A stretch of DNA of 64,000 nt from an uncultured virus (IMG/VR IMGVR_UViG_3300027688_000449) (IMGVR_UViG_3300027688_000449); one strand, 5' to 3'; shown: positions 1 to 10,284, counted from the stretch's first letter. The notes: generated by a model from the sequence alone, not told the origin. Numbers and translations: made by a program.

Positions 1-53
1 ATATTATATTTTATATTGAATCTTAACTATAATGGTTAAAATAAGATATAATA

Positions 54-728
54 ATGAAAAAAATATTAGAACTATCTAAATCTGTATCAAAACATTGTGT
101 CGGTTTTGAAGGAAATGTTTCCTCTAAGTATAAAAATGGCTTAATTATTAAAGCAAGTGGGACAAGATTAGAATCTCTCACAAAAAAAGATTTAGTCTTT
201 TTTGATTTTAAAGGTAATCAATTAAATAATTTTAAAAAAAGAGGTAGTATGGAATTAAGTTTTCACACCTACCTATTAAGTTTTGATGACATTAATTATG
301 TTTCTCACACACACCCATCAAATACTGTAAAAATTTTATGTAGTGAGTTAAGTAAAACATTTGCACAAAACAGATTATTTCCTGACCAAGTTATTTTTAA
401 TGGTACTAAATCTTGTTTTGTACCATATGCTAAACCTGGTGAAGAATTAACAAATGTTATTAAAGATTGTATTAATCTTTTTATTAAAGAAGAAAAATAT
501 TTTCCTAAATTAATATTACTACAAAATCATGGTATTATTTGTTGTGGAGAAACAATTCAAGAATGTATAATGTCTACAGATATTTGTGAAAAATCTGCCG
601 AAATTTTTATTGGTAGTCACGTTTTAGGTAAGACACATTTTTTGAATGAAACTGAAGTTAATAACCTAATTACTGATAAAAAAGAAATTTATAGACAAAA
701 CCTTATTAAACAAAATGGAAATAAATAA
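54..728 (+). CDS. Class II aldolase/adducin family protein (rhamnulose/fuculose-P aldolase or ribulose-5-P epimerase-like)
   Basis: Motifs EGNVS, IKASG, SMELSFH, Zn-binding HTHP and LLQNHG are typical of the Aldolase_II fold. Confidence 0.85.
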   Translation: MKKILELSKSVSKHCVGFEGNVSSKYKNGLIIKASGTRLESLTKKDLVFFDFKGNQLNNFKKRGSMELSFHTYLLSFDDINYVSHTHPSNTVKILCSELSKTFAQNRLFPDQVIFNGTKSCFVPYAKPGEELTNVIKDCINLFIKEEKYFPKLILLQNHGIICCGETIQECIMSTDICEKSAEIFIGSHVLGKTHFLNETEVNNLITDKKEIYRQNLIKQNGNK

Positions 729-1023
729 AACAAGAGTCATTTATGTTGATATAGATGAAACAATCTGTGAAACACCAGAACCTAGAAACTACTACAACGC
801 CAAACCCATCAAAGAAAATATTGATAAAATTAATAGATTATATGATGATGGGAATACAATTGTATATTGGACAGCTCGTGGTAGTCGTACACAAATAAAT
901 TGGTATGATTTAACAAAAAAACAACTTAATGAGTGGGGTGCTAAACACCACGAATTAAATGTTACAAAACCTTATTACGATTTATTCATTGATGATAAAA
1001 CACTTAGAATTGAAGAAATATGA
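715..1023 (+). CDS. Small HAD-superfamily phosphatase (capsule-biosynthesis phosphatase BcbF/EcbF-like)
   Basis: VDIDETIC (DxD motif I), WTARG (motif II), KP-Y-DLFIDDK (motifs III/IV). Confidence 0.8.
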   Translation: MEINKTRVIYVDIDETICETPEPRNYYNAKPIKENIDKINRLYDDGNTIVYWTARGSRTQINWYDLTKKQLNEWGAKHHELNVTKPYYDLFIDDKTLRIEEI

Positions 1024-1493
1024 AATTAATTTCACATAGAGGTAATATGATTGGCCCTAATCCAAGTAGAGAAAATTCACCATCATATATTGATACCGCA
1101 ATTTCTGCGGGTTATGATGTTGAGGTGGATATTAACTATTTAAACAATAAGTTTTTTTTAGGTCACGATACTCCTGATTATGAAATATCGGAAACTTGGA
1201 TAGAAAAAAGAAAACATAAAATATGGTTTCATTGTAAAAATTTAAATGCAGCATCAAGATTGTGTGAATTACAGAAAAATTATGAAACACCATACATGTT
1301 TTTTTGTCATACATCAGATAATTTTGTGTTAACAAGCACTAACCATATTTGGGTTCATGATTTAGAACTTAACTTAAATGATAAATGTATAATTCCGTTA
1401 TTAAGTGATACTGACCTTATATCTACCACAACAAAAAATGTATACGCAATTTGTACTGACTATATAAACATATCTAAATCTATTTATACTTAA
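1020..1493 (+). CDS. Short glycerophosphodiester phosphodiesterase-like (PLC-like TIM barrel) protein
   Basis: N-terminal ISHRGN, EN, GYDVEVDI, LGHD and C-terminal ICTDY motifs of GDPD-like proteins. Confidence 0.7.
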   Translation: MKLISHRGNMIGPNPSRENSPSYIDTAISAGYDVEVDINYLNNKFFLGHDTPDYEISETWIEKRKHKIWFHCKNLNAASRLCELQKNYETPYMFFCHTSDNFVLTSTNHIWVHDLELNLNDKCIIPLLSDTDLISTTTKNVYAICTDYINISKSIYT

Positions 1494-1497
1494 TATT

Positions 1498-2223
1498 ATG
1501 ATAAGTATTGTTACTGGAACACTTGAACGATTGGAATTTTTACCAGATTTAATTAAAAATACCGTTGATTCACACGAAAAATTAGAATTGGTATTAGTTG
1601 ATGGAGGAGAATTAAATAATCCAACATCCACATATATAAAACAATTAAACCACCCAAGGATAAAGTTAATTGAAGTTGGTGGAAGAAGTAGTTATCCTGA
1701 CTTTATGAAGTTAGGTATTGAACAGGCTACTCATGAATTAGTCTGTCAATGGAATGATGATGTTTTATTAGTTAATTCATGGGATGACGTAATTTCAGAA
1801 ATTGAAGACGGATACGATTTTTATTTATTCAATTGGAAATATGGTCATAGAACTGACGTGTCAGACGATGATTGGATAACAGGTCGTTACCATGAAAATC
1901 AAAAGAATAAAGGGTGGTGTATTGTTGATGAATATGACACTATTGGTGAAATAACCATGAATTATGGAATTTATAGAAAAAACATTTTTAGAGAAATTGG
2001 TATGTATCACCCCGACTTTAAATATTATTATGCCGATTCAGATATGTCCATAAGAGCACATTTATTTGGTTATAAGCATAAGGCATTAACCCACATAAAG
2101 GTATGTAGTTTATGTCCTGAAAAAAAGGCCATTCATTATAATTCTGATTATTCAACTTGGGTTAATTTACACAATGAATACAAAAATAAATTTTTAAATG
2201 ATAGACACACATTTTTAACATGA
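1498..2223 (+). CDS. Glycosyltransferase family 2 (GT-A)
   Basis: ISIV start, LVLVDGG, WNDD (DxD-like), IGMY..DF.YYYADSD acceptor motif. Confidence 0.8.
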   Translation: MISIVTGTLERLEFLPDLIKNTVDSHEKLELVLVDGGELNNPTSTYIKQLNHPRIKLIEVGGRSSYPDFMKLGIEQATHELVCQWNDDVLLVNSWDDVISEIEDGYDFYLFNWKYGHRTDVSDDDWITGRYHENQKNKGWCIVDEYDTIGEITMNYGIYRKNIFREIGMYHPDFKYYYADSDMSIRAHLFGYKHKALTHIKVCSLCPEKKAIHYNSDYSTWVNLHNEYKNKFLNDRHTFLT

Positions 2224-2930
2224 AACGAGTAATATCTTTTTGTTTGTATAAAGCACCCTTAGATTGGGAAAGAGTTATGGAAACAAATCACAACAAATAC
2301 ATTAGTGGATTGTATCAAAACATTAATTTAATTCAAAAGTACTATCCAAATTGGCACATTTACTTATATCATAACGAGTTATTTGATATTTCTGAAATTC
2401 AAAAAAATATTGATTATGATAAACTTGAATTCAAGTTAATTACAAATCCTTTAATAAGTGCCATGCAATGGAGATTTTTACCAAATGATGATGAAGATGT
2501 TGAGTTATTTATTGTTCGTGATATTGATTCTAGAATTACTGAAAGAGAAAAAGTGTCTGTTGATGAGTGGGTTGAAAGTGAAAAAATACTACACATAATG
2601 AGAGACCATCCACACCACGGATACCATATTTTAGGTGGGATGTGGGGTATGAGAAGACAACCAAATTTTAATATGGAAAGTTCCTGCATAGAATACAATA
2701 CATCTAAAAATTATAGGGTAGATGTTGATTGGTATGAAAAATGGTGGGATATGCATTTTCTTAGAGACATTATTTACCCAAATTATATTGATAGTTCTTA
2801 TGTGAATTCTTCATTTCACGCCATGGAACCATGGAGTAAACCATTTTCTTTAGAAAGAGATGATAGTAAATTTGTTGGTGAAATTTATTTAGATACAGAT
2901 AAAAGAGATTATCATTATACTTTATTATGA
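2220..2930 (+). CDS. Putative GT-A fold glycosyltransferase of unknown family
   Basis: VISFCLY start, WRFLP, FIVRDIDSR (DxD), HIMRDHPHH, ILGGMWG; located in the glycosylation cluster. Confidence 0.5.
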   Translation: MKRVISFCLYKAPLDWERVMETNHNKYISGLYQNINLIQKYYPNWHIYLYHNELFDISEIQKNIDYDKLEFKLITNPLISAMQWRFLPNDDEDVELFIVRDIDSRITEREKVSVDEWVESEKILHIMRDHPHHGYHILGGMWGMRRQPNFNMESSCIEYNTSKNYRVDVDWYEKWWDMHFLRDIIYPNYIDSSYVNSSFHAMEPWSKPFSLERDDSKFVGEIYLDTDKRDYHYTLL

Positions 2931-3607
2931 AAATATTAGTTACAATTATTTCATCTGAAAAACACTTAGATTCTAGAATTAAAATTATTCAAGATACTTG
3001 GTTAAAAGATTTTGAAAATTATTTAATAATTTCAGATTATGATGATAAAGAAAATCATACCGTAAAAGTTACGGATAATAAAACTTATGAAAGTGCCCCT
3101 GAAAAAAATTTAAAATCTTTTGTTTATCTATTTGAAAACTGTAAAGATTTTGATTGGTTTATTAATGTTGATGACGATAGTTTTGTTAACTATAAAAATT
3201 TAATTGAACTGGTCAAAACACTTCCCACAGATGAAATTGTAAAAATAGGTCGTTTGAATGAGAATAGTGCTGGTTTTGGTATAAACTATCATTCAGGTGG
3301 TGCTGGAACATTATTTAATTTTAAAGCCTTAGAGATTCTAAAAAACGCATACCCTTCGGGTAAATACGGTTATTTCCGTGAAGAAAATGGGGATTATAAT
3401 GCCAAACAAACACCATATGCAGATGCGAATGTTGGTATTTTTTGTTCGGACAATAATATTGAACAAATCAATAGTTCATTATTCAATCCAAGAGAACCCA
3501 AATATTGGAACTATACTAACGAAGAAATAAAAAAACAAATTACTTTTCATTATATTTTTGGTGATGAGTACTATAAACTATATGATATAATACACGAAAA
3601 TGACTGA
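2927..3607 (+). CDS. Fringe/GT31-like glycosyltransferase
   Basis: IQDTW, DWFINVDDDSFV (DDD motif), SGGAG, D..VG and ITFH motifs typical of Fringe/galactosyltransferase GT31. Confidence 0.7.
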   Translation: MKILVTIISSEKHLDSRIKIIQDTWLKDFENYLIISDYDDKENHTVKVTDNKTYESAPEKNLKSFVYLFENCKDFDWFINVDDDSFVNYKNLIELVKTLPTDEIVKIGRLNENSAGFGINYHSGGAGTLFNFKALEILKNAYPSGKYGYFREENGDYNAKQTPYADANVGIFCSDNNIEQINSSLFNPREPKYWNYTNEEIKKQITFHYIFGDEYYKLYDIIHEND

Positions 3608-4157
3608 ATTAATTGAGTTGCATGAAGCAACATGTAGAAACTCAACCTACAAACAAGGGTTGATTGATTTAATAAACGATTTAGACAATAAAATTACAAA
3701 CATGGTTGAAGTTGGTTCCTACCAAGGTGAATCAACAATCATTTTTGCGGATAATATAAATGGACTACAGGAGTTACATGCAATTGACCCATGGTCCAAT
3801 GGATACGCACCAGGTGATGCTTGCTCAGATAAATACCCAATGAGCGTTGTTGAATCTAATTTTGATATTAGAACAAAAAATTTTAGTGTTATTAAAAAAC
3901 ATAAAACAACTTCTAAGGAATTTGTTAAAGAAATTGCCGATGGTTCATTAGATTTTGTATATATTGATGGTGACCATTCGTATAATTCTTGTAAAGAAGA
4001 TATTAATATGTGGCTACCCAAAATAAAACAAGGCGGTATTATTGCAGGTCACGATTATTTAGAAGCATGTTTTATGGGTGTTGTAAATGCGGTTAATGAA
4101 ACTTTTGGTAAACCCGACAAAACATATAATGACACTAGCTGGTTAAAATTTTTATAA
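3600..4157 (+). CDS. Class I SAM-dependent methyltransferase (Methyltransf_24-like)
   Basis: VEVGSYQGES, AIDPW, DFVYIDGDHSY, GGIIAGHDY. Confidence 0.85.
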   Translation: MTELIELHEATCRNSTYKQGLIDLINDLDNKITNMVEVGSYQGESTIIFADNINGLQELHAIDPWSNGYAPGDACSDKYPMSVVESNFDIRTKNFSVIKKHKTTSKEFVKEIADGSLDFVYIDGDHSYNSCKEDINMWLPKIKQGGIIAGHDYLEACFMGVVNAVNETFGKPDKTYNDTSWLKFL

Positions 4158-4158
4158 A

Positions 4159-4905
4159 ATGAATAATACAGGAACAATTTTATTTCACCAAGGTTTTACA
4201 GATGTAATTAACTGTCTCCCATTGGTTAATATTCTTTCAAAGAAATTTAATAAAATTAATTTATTAATGAGAAACGATTTTAAGGAGATAATTGATTTTT
4301 ACTTAAAATCTTTACCAAATGTGACCGCATGTTATGTTGATAAATCTCAAATTGATAATAATTTATCATCTCTTTTAAACGACTACCGTCACAATAATTC
4401 ATTATTAATTTTTGGTATGTTTGATGGTTATAGAAATGATTCTTATCAAGGAGCATTTAGTAATAGAGACCATAATCTTTTTTTTGTTGAGAAATTTTAT
4501 AAATCATATGGGATTGATTACTCTGAAAGAGTGTCAATGTTTGAGTTTGATAGAGATTTAAACTTAGAAGAATCTACATATTCAAAATTTGTTGCGGAAC
4601 ATGGTAATGATTATGTGTTATACCATGGATTAAATGATAGTATTATTTCAAGTATTAGAGATAAACATCCTACAAGTAAATTAGTTGATTTAAATAAGTC
4701 AACAAACACTTTTTTTGACTATATTAAAATACTTCAAAACGCAAAAGATATTCATGTGTTGGATTCTGTATGGGGAGCGTTTTTATATCAAGTAGATAGT
4801 AAATATGAATTATTTAATCATATTACAATATCAACATATTGTTTACGTGGTTATAAAGAAATGTTTCTTAAACCAAAAACTTTAACAAATTGGCAAATTA
4901 TTTAA
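4159..4905 (+). CDS. Hypothetical protein, putative GT-B glycosyltransferase; paralog of 5987..6808
   Basis: HQGFTD near the N-terminus, IKILQNAKDIHVLDS and the NWQII end are shared with 5987..6808; reminiscent of GT9-like G-x-G-D / DS motifs. Confidence 0.45.
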   Translation: MNNTGTILFHQGFTDVINCLPLVNILSKKFNKINLLMRNDFKEIIDFYLKSLPNVTACYVDKSQIDNNLSSLLNDYRHNNSLLIFGMFDGYRNDSYQGAFSNRDHNLFFVEKFYKSYGIDYSERVSMFEFDRDLNLEESTYSKFVAEHGNDYVLYHGLNDSIISSIRDKHPTSKLVDLNKSTNTFFDYIKILQNAKDIHVLDSVWGAFLYQVDSKYELFNHITISTYCLRGYKEMFLKPKTLTNWQII

Positions 4906-4911
4906 ATTAAT

Positions 4912-5985
4912 ATGAAAAAAATTTTAGTATTAGGTGGTGGTGGATTTATCGGTGGACACCTCGCAAAAAAATTAAAAGATGAGGGGTGTTGGGTCAGAAT
5001 ATGTGATGTAAAAAAACACGAATACTTTCAAGAAAATGAAATTTGTCATGAATTTGTACAGGGAGACTTAAAAGATATTAATGTTGTTAAAAACGTTTTA
5101 CTTTCTCCTGACCAAAAAATTATAACAAAATTTGTTGATTTTGAAAATCATATTGATGAGGTAATTGGTGATTCATTTGATGAAGTTTATCAATTGGCGG
5201 CAGATATGGGTGGTGCGGCATACATTTTTACTGGTGAAAATGATGCAAACGTTATGCATAATTCATCTTTAATAAATTTAAATGTATTAAATGAGTCGGT
5301 TAAATACGATATAAAGAAAATATTCTATTCATCTTCTGCGTGTATGTATCCTGAACATAATCAATTAGACCCAAACAATCCAAACTGTGAAGAGTCTTCA
5401 GCCTATCCAGCAAATCCTGATTCAGAATATGGGTGGGAAAAATTATTTTCAGAAAGATTGTTTTTAGCTTATCATAGAAATTATAATCTAAATGTACGAA
5501 TTGGTAGATTTCATAATGTTTTTGGTCCTATGGGTACTTGGAAAGGTGGTAAAGAAAAATCCCCTGCGGCTATGTGTAGAAAGGTTTCTGAATGTGAAGA
5601 TAATGGTTCTATTGAAGTGTGGGGTGATGGTCAACAAACACGCTCGTTTTTATTTATAGATGAGTGTTTAGAGGCCGTAGAACGTTTGATGAATAGTGAT
5701 TTTATGGAACCCGTAAATATAGGAAGTGAAGAGATGGTAACAATAAATCAATTAGCCCAAATGACAATTGATATATCTCAGAAAAATGTAAAAATAGACA
5801 ATCTTTACGGTGATGAATTTTTAAATAAGTATGGATTTAAATGTCCATTAGGTGTGAAAGGTAGAAAATCGGATAATAAACTTTTTCGTAAAAAAATAGG
5901 ATGGGAACCTTTCAAATTATTAATTGATGGTCTTAAAGAAACATATAACTGGGTTGACTATCAAGTAAAAAATAACACCAATTAA
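4912..5985 (+). CDS. GDP-mannose 3,5-epimerase-like NAD-dependent epimerase (extended SDR)
   Basis: GGGGFIG, QLAADMGG, YSSSACMYP, YGWEK (YxxxK), RFHNVFGP, GGKEKSPAAMCRK, WGDGQQTRSF. Confidence 0.9.
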   Translation: MKKILVLGGGGFIGGHLAKKLKDEGCWVRICDVKKHEYFQENEICHEFVQGDLKDINVVKNVLLSPDQKIITKFVDFENHIDEVIGDSFDEVYQLAADMGGAAYIFTGENDANVMHNSSLINLNVLNESVKYDIKKIFYSSSACMYPEHNQLDPNNPNCEESSAYPANPDSEYGWEKLFSERLFLAYHRNYNLNVRIGRFHNVFGPMGTWKGGKEKSPAAMCRKVSECEDNGSIEVWGDGQQTRSFLFIDECLEAVERLMNSDFMEPVNIGSEEMVTINQLAQMTIDISQKNVKIDNLYGDEFLNKYGFKCPLGVKGRKSDNKLFRKKIGWEPFKLLIDGLKETYNWVDYQVKNNTN

Positions 5986-5986
5986 T

Positions 5987-6808
5987 ATGAATAAGAAAGC
6001 AACAATAATGCATCACCAAGGATTTGGTGATTTATTTACAAATAATTCATTATGTAATTACTATGCTAATTTGTACGATGAATTAATTATATTTGCATTA
6101 GACGAATCAAGAAGGATTGTTATTGAAGAAATGTATAAACACAAACCAAATATAAAATGTGTTATACCTAAATTAATTAACCAAAACATATACAATAGTT
6201 CTTGTTTGATTTGTATGCAATCAGACCATTATTCTTGTAGATATGATACAAAGTATGATACACACAAATTTGTTGATTATTCAGAGTGGAGTGATTATGA
6301 CAATATTAAAGTTGGTTGTTTTAAAGAAGATTATGAGTTATGGAAATCATTTTTAGGAAAAAATATAAATAACAACATTTCTTTTTCACATTCTTTTTAT
6401 TTGTTTGAAAATCTTGATTTAAAAGTTAGAGAAACTGAATTTTCTGTTTACAGAGATGACGATAGTGAAAATAAAAAATATGAATTGTTACCTGAAAAAG
6501 ATTACATTGTATTACATGATGATAGTCAAAGAGGGATAAATATTGATAAGTCTAAATTACCTAATGACATTTATGTCCACCAATTAAACGATGGTTCAAA
6601 AACTATGGTTGACCAAATTAAAATTTTAGAAAACGCAAAAGAAATTCATTTTATTGATTCAAGTTATTCAGTTTTGATTTATTTTTTATCTTTAACTAAC
6701 GAAAAAATAAAACAAATCCCAAAGTATTTTCATTATTATGCTAACCAAAGAGAAGGTTACACAATTTATGAAAATCCTATACCCGAAAATTGGCAAATAC
6801 TTAAATAA
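5987..6808 (+). CDS. Hypothetical protein, putative GT-B glycosyltransferase; paralog of 4159..4905
   Basis: HHQGFGD, YIVLHDD, IKILENAKEIHFIDSS, NWQILK end. Confidence 0.45.
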   Translation: MNKKATIMHHQGFGDLFTNNSLCNYYANLYDELIIFALDESRRIVIEEMYKHKPNIKCVIPKLINQNIYNSSCLICMQSDHYSCRYDTKYDTHKFVDYSEWSDYDNIKVGCFKEDYELWKSFLGKNINNNISFSHSFYLFENLDLKVRETEFSVYRDDDSENKKYELLPEKDYIVLHDDSQRGINIDKSKLPNDIYVHQLNDGSKTMVDQIKILENAKEIHFIDSSYSVLIYFLSLTNEKIKQIPKYFHYYANQREGYTIYENPIPENWQILK

Positions 6809-6811
6809 TTT

Positions 6812-7822
6812 ATGAATAATAATACTTTAATATGGACTAACTCTCCACTATCTGGTTTGTGTGATAGACTTATTGATTTTTCTTTAATAGCAACATATGC
6901 TAAATTAAACAACTCAGATTTTAGTTCAAAATGGAAACCACTATATAGTAATCATGGGGATGGTAAATCTTACTATCACACAAAAGAAGATGATAACACA
7001 AGTTTAGACAATTTAAAATTAGATAATAGTGGTCACATCTGTAAATTTTTTAAAGATGTTAGATATTCTGACTATAAACATGAAAATTTTTTAAAATATT
7101 TTGAATTACCTGAAAACACATTTATTGAAAAAAATGAATCGGATTTATTAAATTTATCATATTTTGATGGGTATATTGGTGGAGTTGAATCACCAATAAC
7201 GTTTTATCAAAAATACGTATTAAACGATAATTTAATTATGAGTTATTATTCCCCTTTTAAAACAAATAAATTGGGAATAGATTTGAAGTCATTTATTGAA
7301 ACTTTTTATACTGTCTGTAATAGTTTTAAACCAACAAAAAAACTTATAGATGTTTCAAAAGTAGATATTATTCCTGATTTAACAGTACACTTAAGAAGAG
7401 AAGATAAAGTAAGATTGTCTAAATTAAATAACGAGGTAATTGATTATAGAGAATTAAATGATTTAAATGAATTAACTAAAATTGCTATTGATTCTTTTTT
7501 AGAAAAAAAACCAAACTCAAAAATTTTATTTTGTTCTGATGATGAGAAAGAAAAATTAAAATGGGAAAATATGTATAAGGATTATTATTTAAAAACCCCA
7601 TCATTTGAATTTGATTTTGAACAAACATATTATGATATGTATTTGATGTCCATTTCAAAAAATGTTTTATTATCTCAAAGATATTCTGGTTTTTCTATGT
7701 TTTCATCCTTTATTAATAAAAACAATTTTGTATACCTTTTAGAAGATAGTCAAATTGTGTATACTAAGTGGTCGGAATTAGAAAATATCTATTACTATAA
7801 AGATTGGTTAAAATTACTTTAA
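6812..7822 (+). CDS. Fucosyltransferase-like GT-B protein (GT11/GT23/NodZ-type motifs)
   Basis: SGLCDRL (cf. GLGNRL), VHLRREDK (cf. GDP-binding HxRxxD), LFCSDD, DMYLMS, SGFS. Confidence 0.6.
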   Translation: MNNNTLIWTNSPLSGLCDRLIDFSLIATYAKLNNSDFSSKWKPLYSNHGDGKSYYHTKEDDNTSLDNLKLDNSGHICKFFKDVRYSDYKHENFLKYFELPENTFIEKNESDLLNLSYFDGYIGGVESPITFYQKYVLNDNLIMSYYSPFKTNKLGIDLKSFIETFYTVCNSFKPTKKLIDVSKVDIIPDLTVHLRREDKVRLSKLNNEVIDYRELNDLNELTKIAIDSFLEKKPNSKILFCSDDEKEKLKWENMYKDYYLKTPSFEFDFEQTYYDMYLMSISKNVLLSQRYSGFSMFSSFINKNNFVYLLEDSQIVYTKWSELENIYYYKDWLKLL

Positions 7823-7826
7823 AAAA

Positions 7827-8699
7827 ATGAAAAAAAAATGTATACTATATGGCAATTGTCAGGCCATTATTTATGTTTATGAATTATTAAATAATTTACC
7901 TGAATTCAAAAAACATTATGATTTAATATCCTATGTGAATCATGATAGAGAACAAACAAAAAAATTAGTAAATATTGATGTTGATGAACTTAAAAACTGT
8001 GATGTTTTTATATACCAACCACTTGGAGAAAGTCACGGAGTTTATGGTACAGAGAATTTAAAATCAATGTTAAAAGACAGTTGTGTAAAAATTAGTTTTC
8101 CCTATGTATACAACTCATCATTTTATACCACTTATTGGGAAGACGCTTCGCCAAGATGGACACTTCAAACATTAATTAATTGTGGATGGAAAAATATAAT
8201 GTCTTTGATTTTAGAAAAACGTAAAATTGATGAAATTATAAATTTGTATGACAATGGTTTAATTGATTTTTATTTTGAAGAAAGAATGAATGTTTGTATG
8301 GAATTATTGAAAGAGAAAGATGAAATTTGTGATATAAAAGTATCTGATTTTATATTAGAACATTATAAAGATAAGAGATTATTTGTCACACAAAATCATT
8401 TAACACCTTATTTCAATATATGGATAACTAATCAAATCTTAGAAAGATTAAATATTCCCCAAATACCAAACAAATATTCAGATACTAACATACTTGAGTC
8501 AAATTGTGTTTATGATAGTTATAATCTTAAATTTTATAATTTTTCACACGACACAAGCCAAATATTCAACAATAAAGAAACTAAAGATAAAATTATTAGT
8601 TTTTATAACCACTTTAAGGGAGCCAATTACAATATGAATGATTTAATTATAAATAAAATCATTGATGACCCCGAAAAATTCATTGATATGCCATTTTAA
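7827..8699 (+). CDS. WcbI-like polysaccharide biosynthesis protein (putative acetyltransferase)
   Basis: N-terminal LYGNCQ, CDVFIYQP, ISFP, RLFVTQNH match the WcbI family pattern. Confidence 0.65.
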   Translation: MKKKCILYGNCQAIIYVYELLNNLPEFKKHYDLISYVNHDREQTKKLVNIDVDELKNCDVFIYQPLGESHGVYGTENLKSMLKDSCVKISFPYVYNSSFYTTYWEDASPRWTLQTLINCGWKNIMSLILEKRKIDEIINLYDNGLIDFYFEERMNVCMELLKEKDEICDIKVSDFILEHYKDKRLFVTQNHLTPYFNIWITNQILERLNIPQIPNKYSDTNILESNCVYDSYNLKFYNFSHDTSQIFNNKETKDKIISFYNHFKGANYNMNDLIINKIIDDPEKFIDMPF

Positions 8700-8700
8700 T

Positions 8701-10284
8701 ATGATTGATAATAATATTCAATTAATTATACCAATGTCAGGTATTGGTAAAAGGTTCATAGACGCTGGATATGAAAAAACCAAATCATTAATTGATGTTG
8801 ATGGTTATCCTATAATAAAACATGTTGTTGATTTATTTCCTGGTGTAAAGGATGTTATTTTTATTTGTAATGATATTCATTTAAAACAAACAAATATGAG
8901 GAAAGTTCTTAATGATATTTCCCCAAATTGTAGAATATTTGAAGTTGCTAATAACACAAAGGGACCAATAAACGCAATTCATCAAATATTTGATTTTATT
9001 GATAATAACAAACAAACAATTGTGAGTTATTGTGATTATGGAACTTATTGGGATTTTGAAAATTTTATTAATTACGTAAATGATAAAAATCTTGATGGTG
9101 CAATTCCTTGTTATACAGGATTTCACCCACATATGTTAGGTAGTGACAATTATGCTTTCTGTAAAGAAAGTAATATGGAGCTTATTCAAATAAAAGAAAA
9201 AGAACCTTTTACTGACAACAAAATGAATGAATACGCATCAAATGGTACGTATTATTTTAAATCGGGTAATTTATTAAAAGAATATTCTCAAAAACTTATT
9301 GATTTAGACATTAATATAAATGGTGAATATTATGTAAGTTTACTTTATAACCTGTTAGTTAATGATGGTCTTAAAGTTGGTATATTTGAGATTGAAAACA
9401 TGTTACAGTGGGGAACTCCTTATGATTTAGAGAATTATAAAGGTTGGTCAAAATACTTCTCAAATATTAATCTCCCACAAATAAAAATAAAAAACCCGCC
9501 AAACACCACCTTGATACTTCCTATGGCTGGTAAAGGTTCAAGATTTACTGAAGAAGGATATGATTTACCAAAACCACTTTTAGATGTTGATGGATTACCC
9601 ATGATTTTACAAGCCGTTGATTGTTTACCTGAGTCAGACAATAATGTGTTTATTTGTTTACAAGACCATATTGACGATTTTGGTATTGATAAGACTTTAA
9701 AAAATCATTTTTTAAATACAGAGGTTATATCAATTAATGAAACCACTGAAGGTCAGGCATGTACTTGTGAAATAGGTATTGAAGAAACAAATATAAACTT
9801 AGAAAACCCCATTTTAATTTCCGCTTGTGATAATGGTGTTTTTTATGATAGAAAAAAATATTTAGAACTTTTAAATGATGAATCTATTGATGTAATAGTT
9901 TGGACTTTTAGAAATAATCAAGCCAGTAAAACTAATCCGAACGCATATGCGTGGTTAGATGTTGATGAGAATGATAACATAAAACATGTTTCTTGTAAAA
10001 AATTTATTTATGAAAACCCTTTAATCACTCACGCAATAATTGGTACAATGTTTTTCAGGAAGGGAACATATTTTATGGAGGGATTACAGAAAAATTATAA
10101 TGAAAACATAAGAACAAATGGTGAATTTTATGTTGATGATGTTTTAAATCAAAATATTAAAGATGGTTTAAAAGTTAAAGTTTTTGAGGTTGAAAATTAC
10201 ATCTGTTGGGGTACACCAAACGATTATAAAACCTACAATTATTGGAATAAATATTTTAAAAATATAAAAAATAAAAATGAGTAA
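8701..10284 (+). CDS. Tandem two-domain sugar-phosphate nucleotidyltransferase (BcbE-like NTP transferase)
   Basis: Two repeats: IIPMSGIGKRF...NGEYYV...WGTPYD and ILPMAGKGSRF...NGEFYV...WGTPND. ATG at 8701 is preferred over the TTG at 8662. Confidence 0.8.
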   Translation: MIDNNIQLIIPMSGIGKRFIDAGYEKTKSLIDVDGYPIIKHVVDLFPGVKDVIFICNDIHLKQTNMRKVLNDISPNCRIFEVANNTKGPINAIHQIFDFIDNNKQTIVSYCDYGTYWDFENFINYVNDKNLDGAIPCYTGFHPHMLGSDNYAFCKESNMELIQIKEKEPFTDNKMNEYASNGTYYFKSGNLLKEYSQKLIDLDININGEYYVSLLYNLLVNDGLKVGIFEIENMLQWGTPYDLENYKGWSKYFSNINLPQIKIKNPPNTTLILPMAGKGSRFTEEGYDLPKPLLDVDGLPMILQAVDCLPESDNNVFICLQDHIDDFGIDKTLKNHFLNTEVISINETTEGQACTCEIGIEETNINLENPILISACDNGVFYDRKKYLELLNDESIDVIVWTFRNNQASKTNPNAYAWLDVDENDNIKHVSCKKFIYENPLITHAIIGTMFFRKGTYFMEGLQKNYNENIRTNGEFYVDDVLNQNIKDGLKVKVFEVENYICWGTPNDYKTYNYWNKYFKNIKNKNE

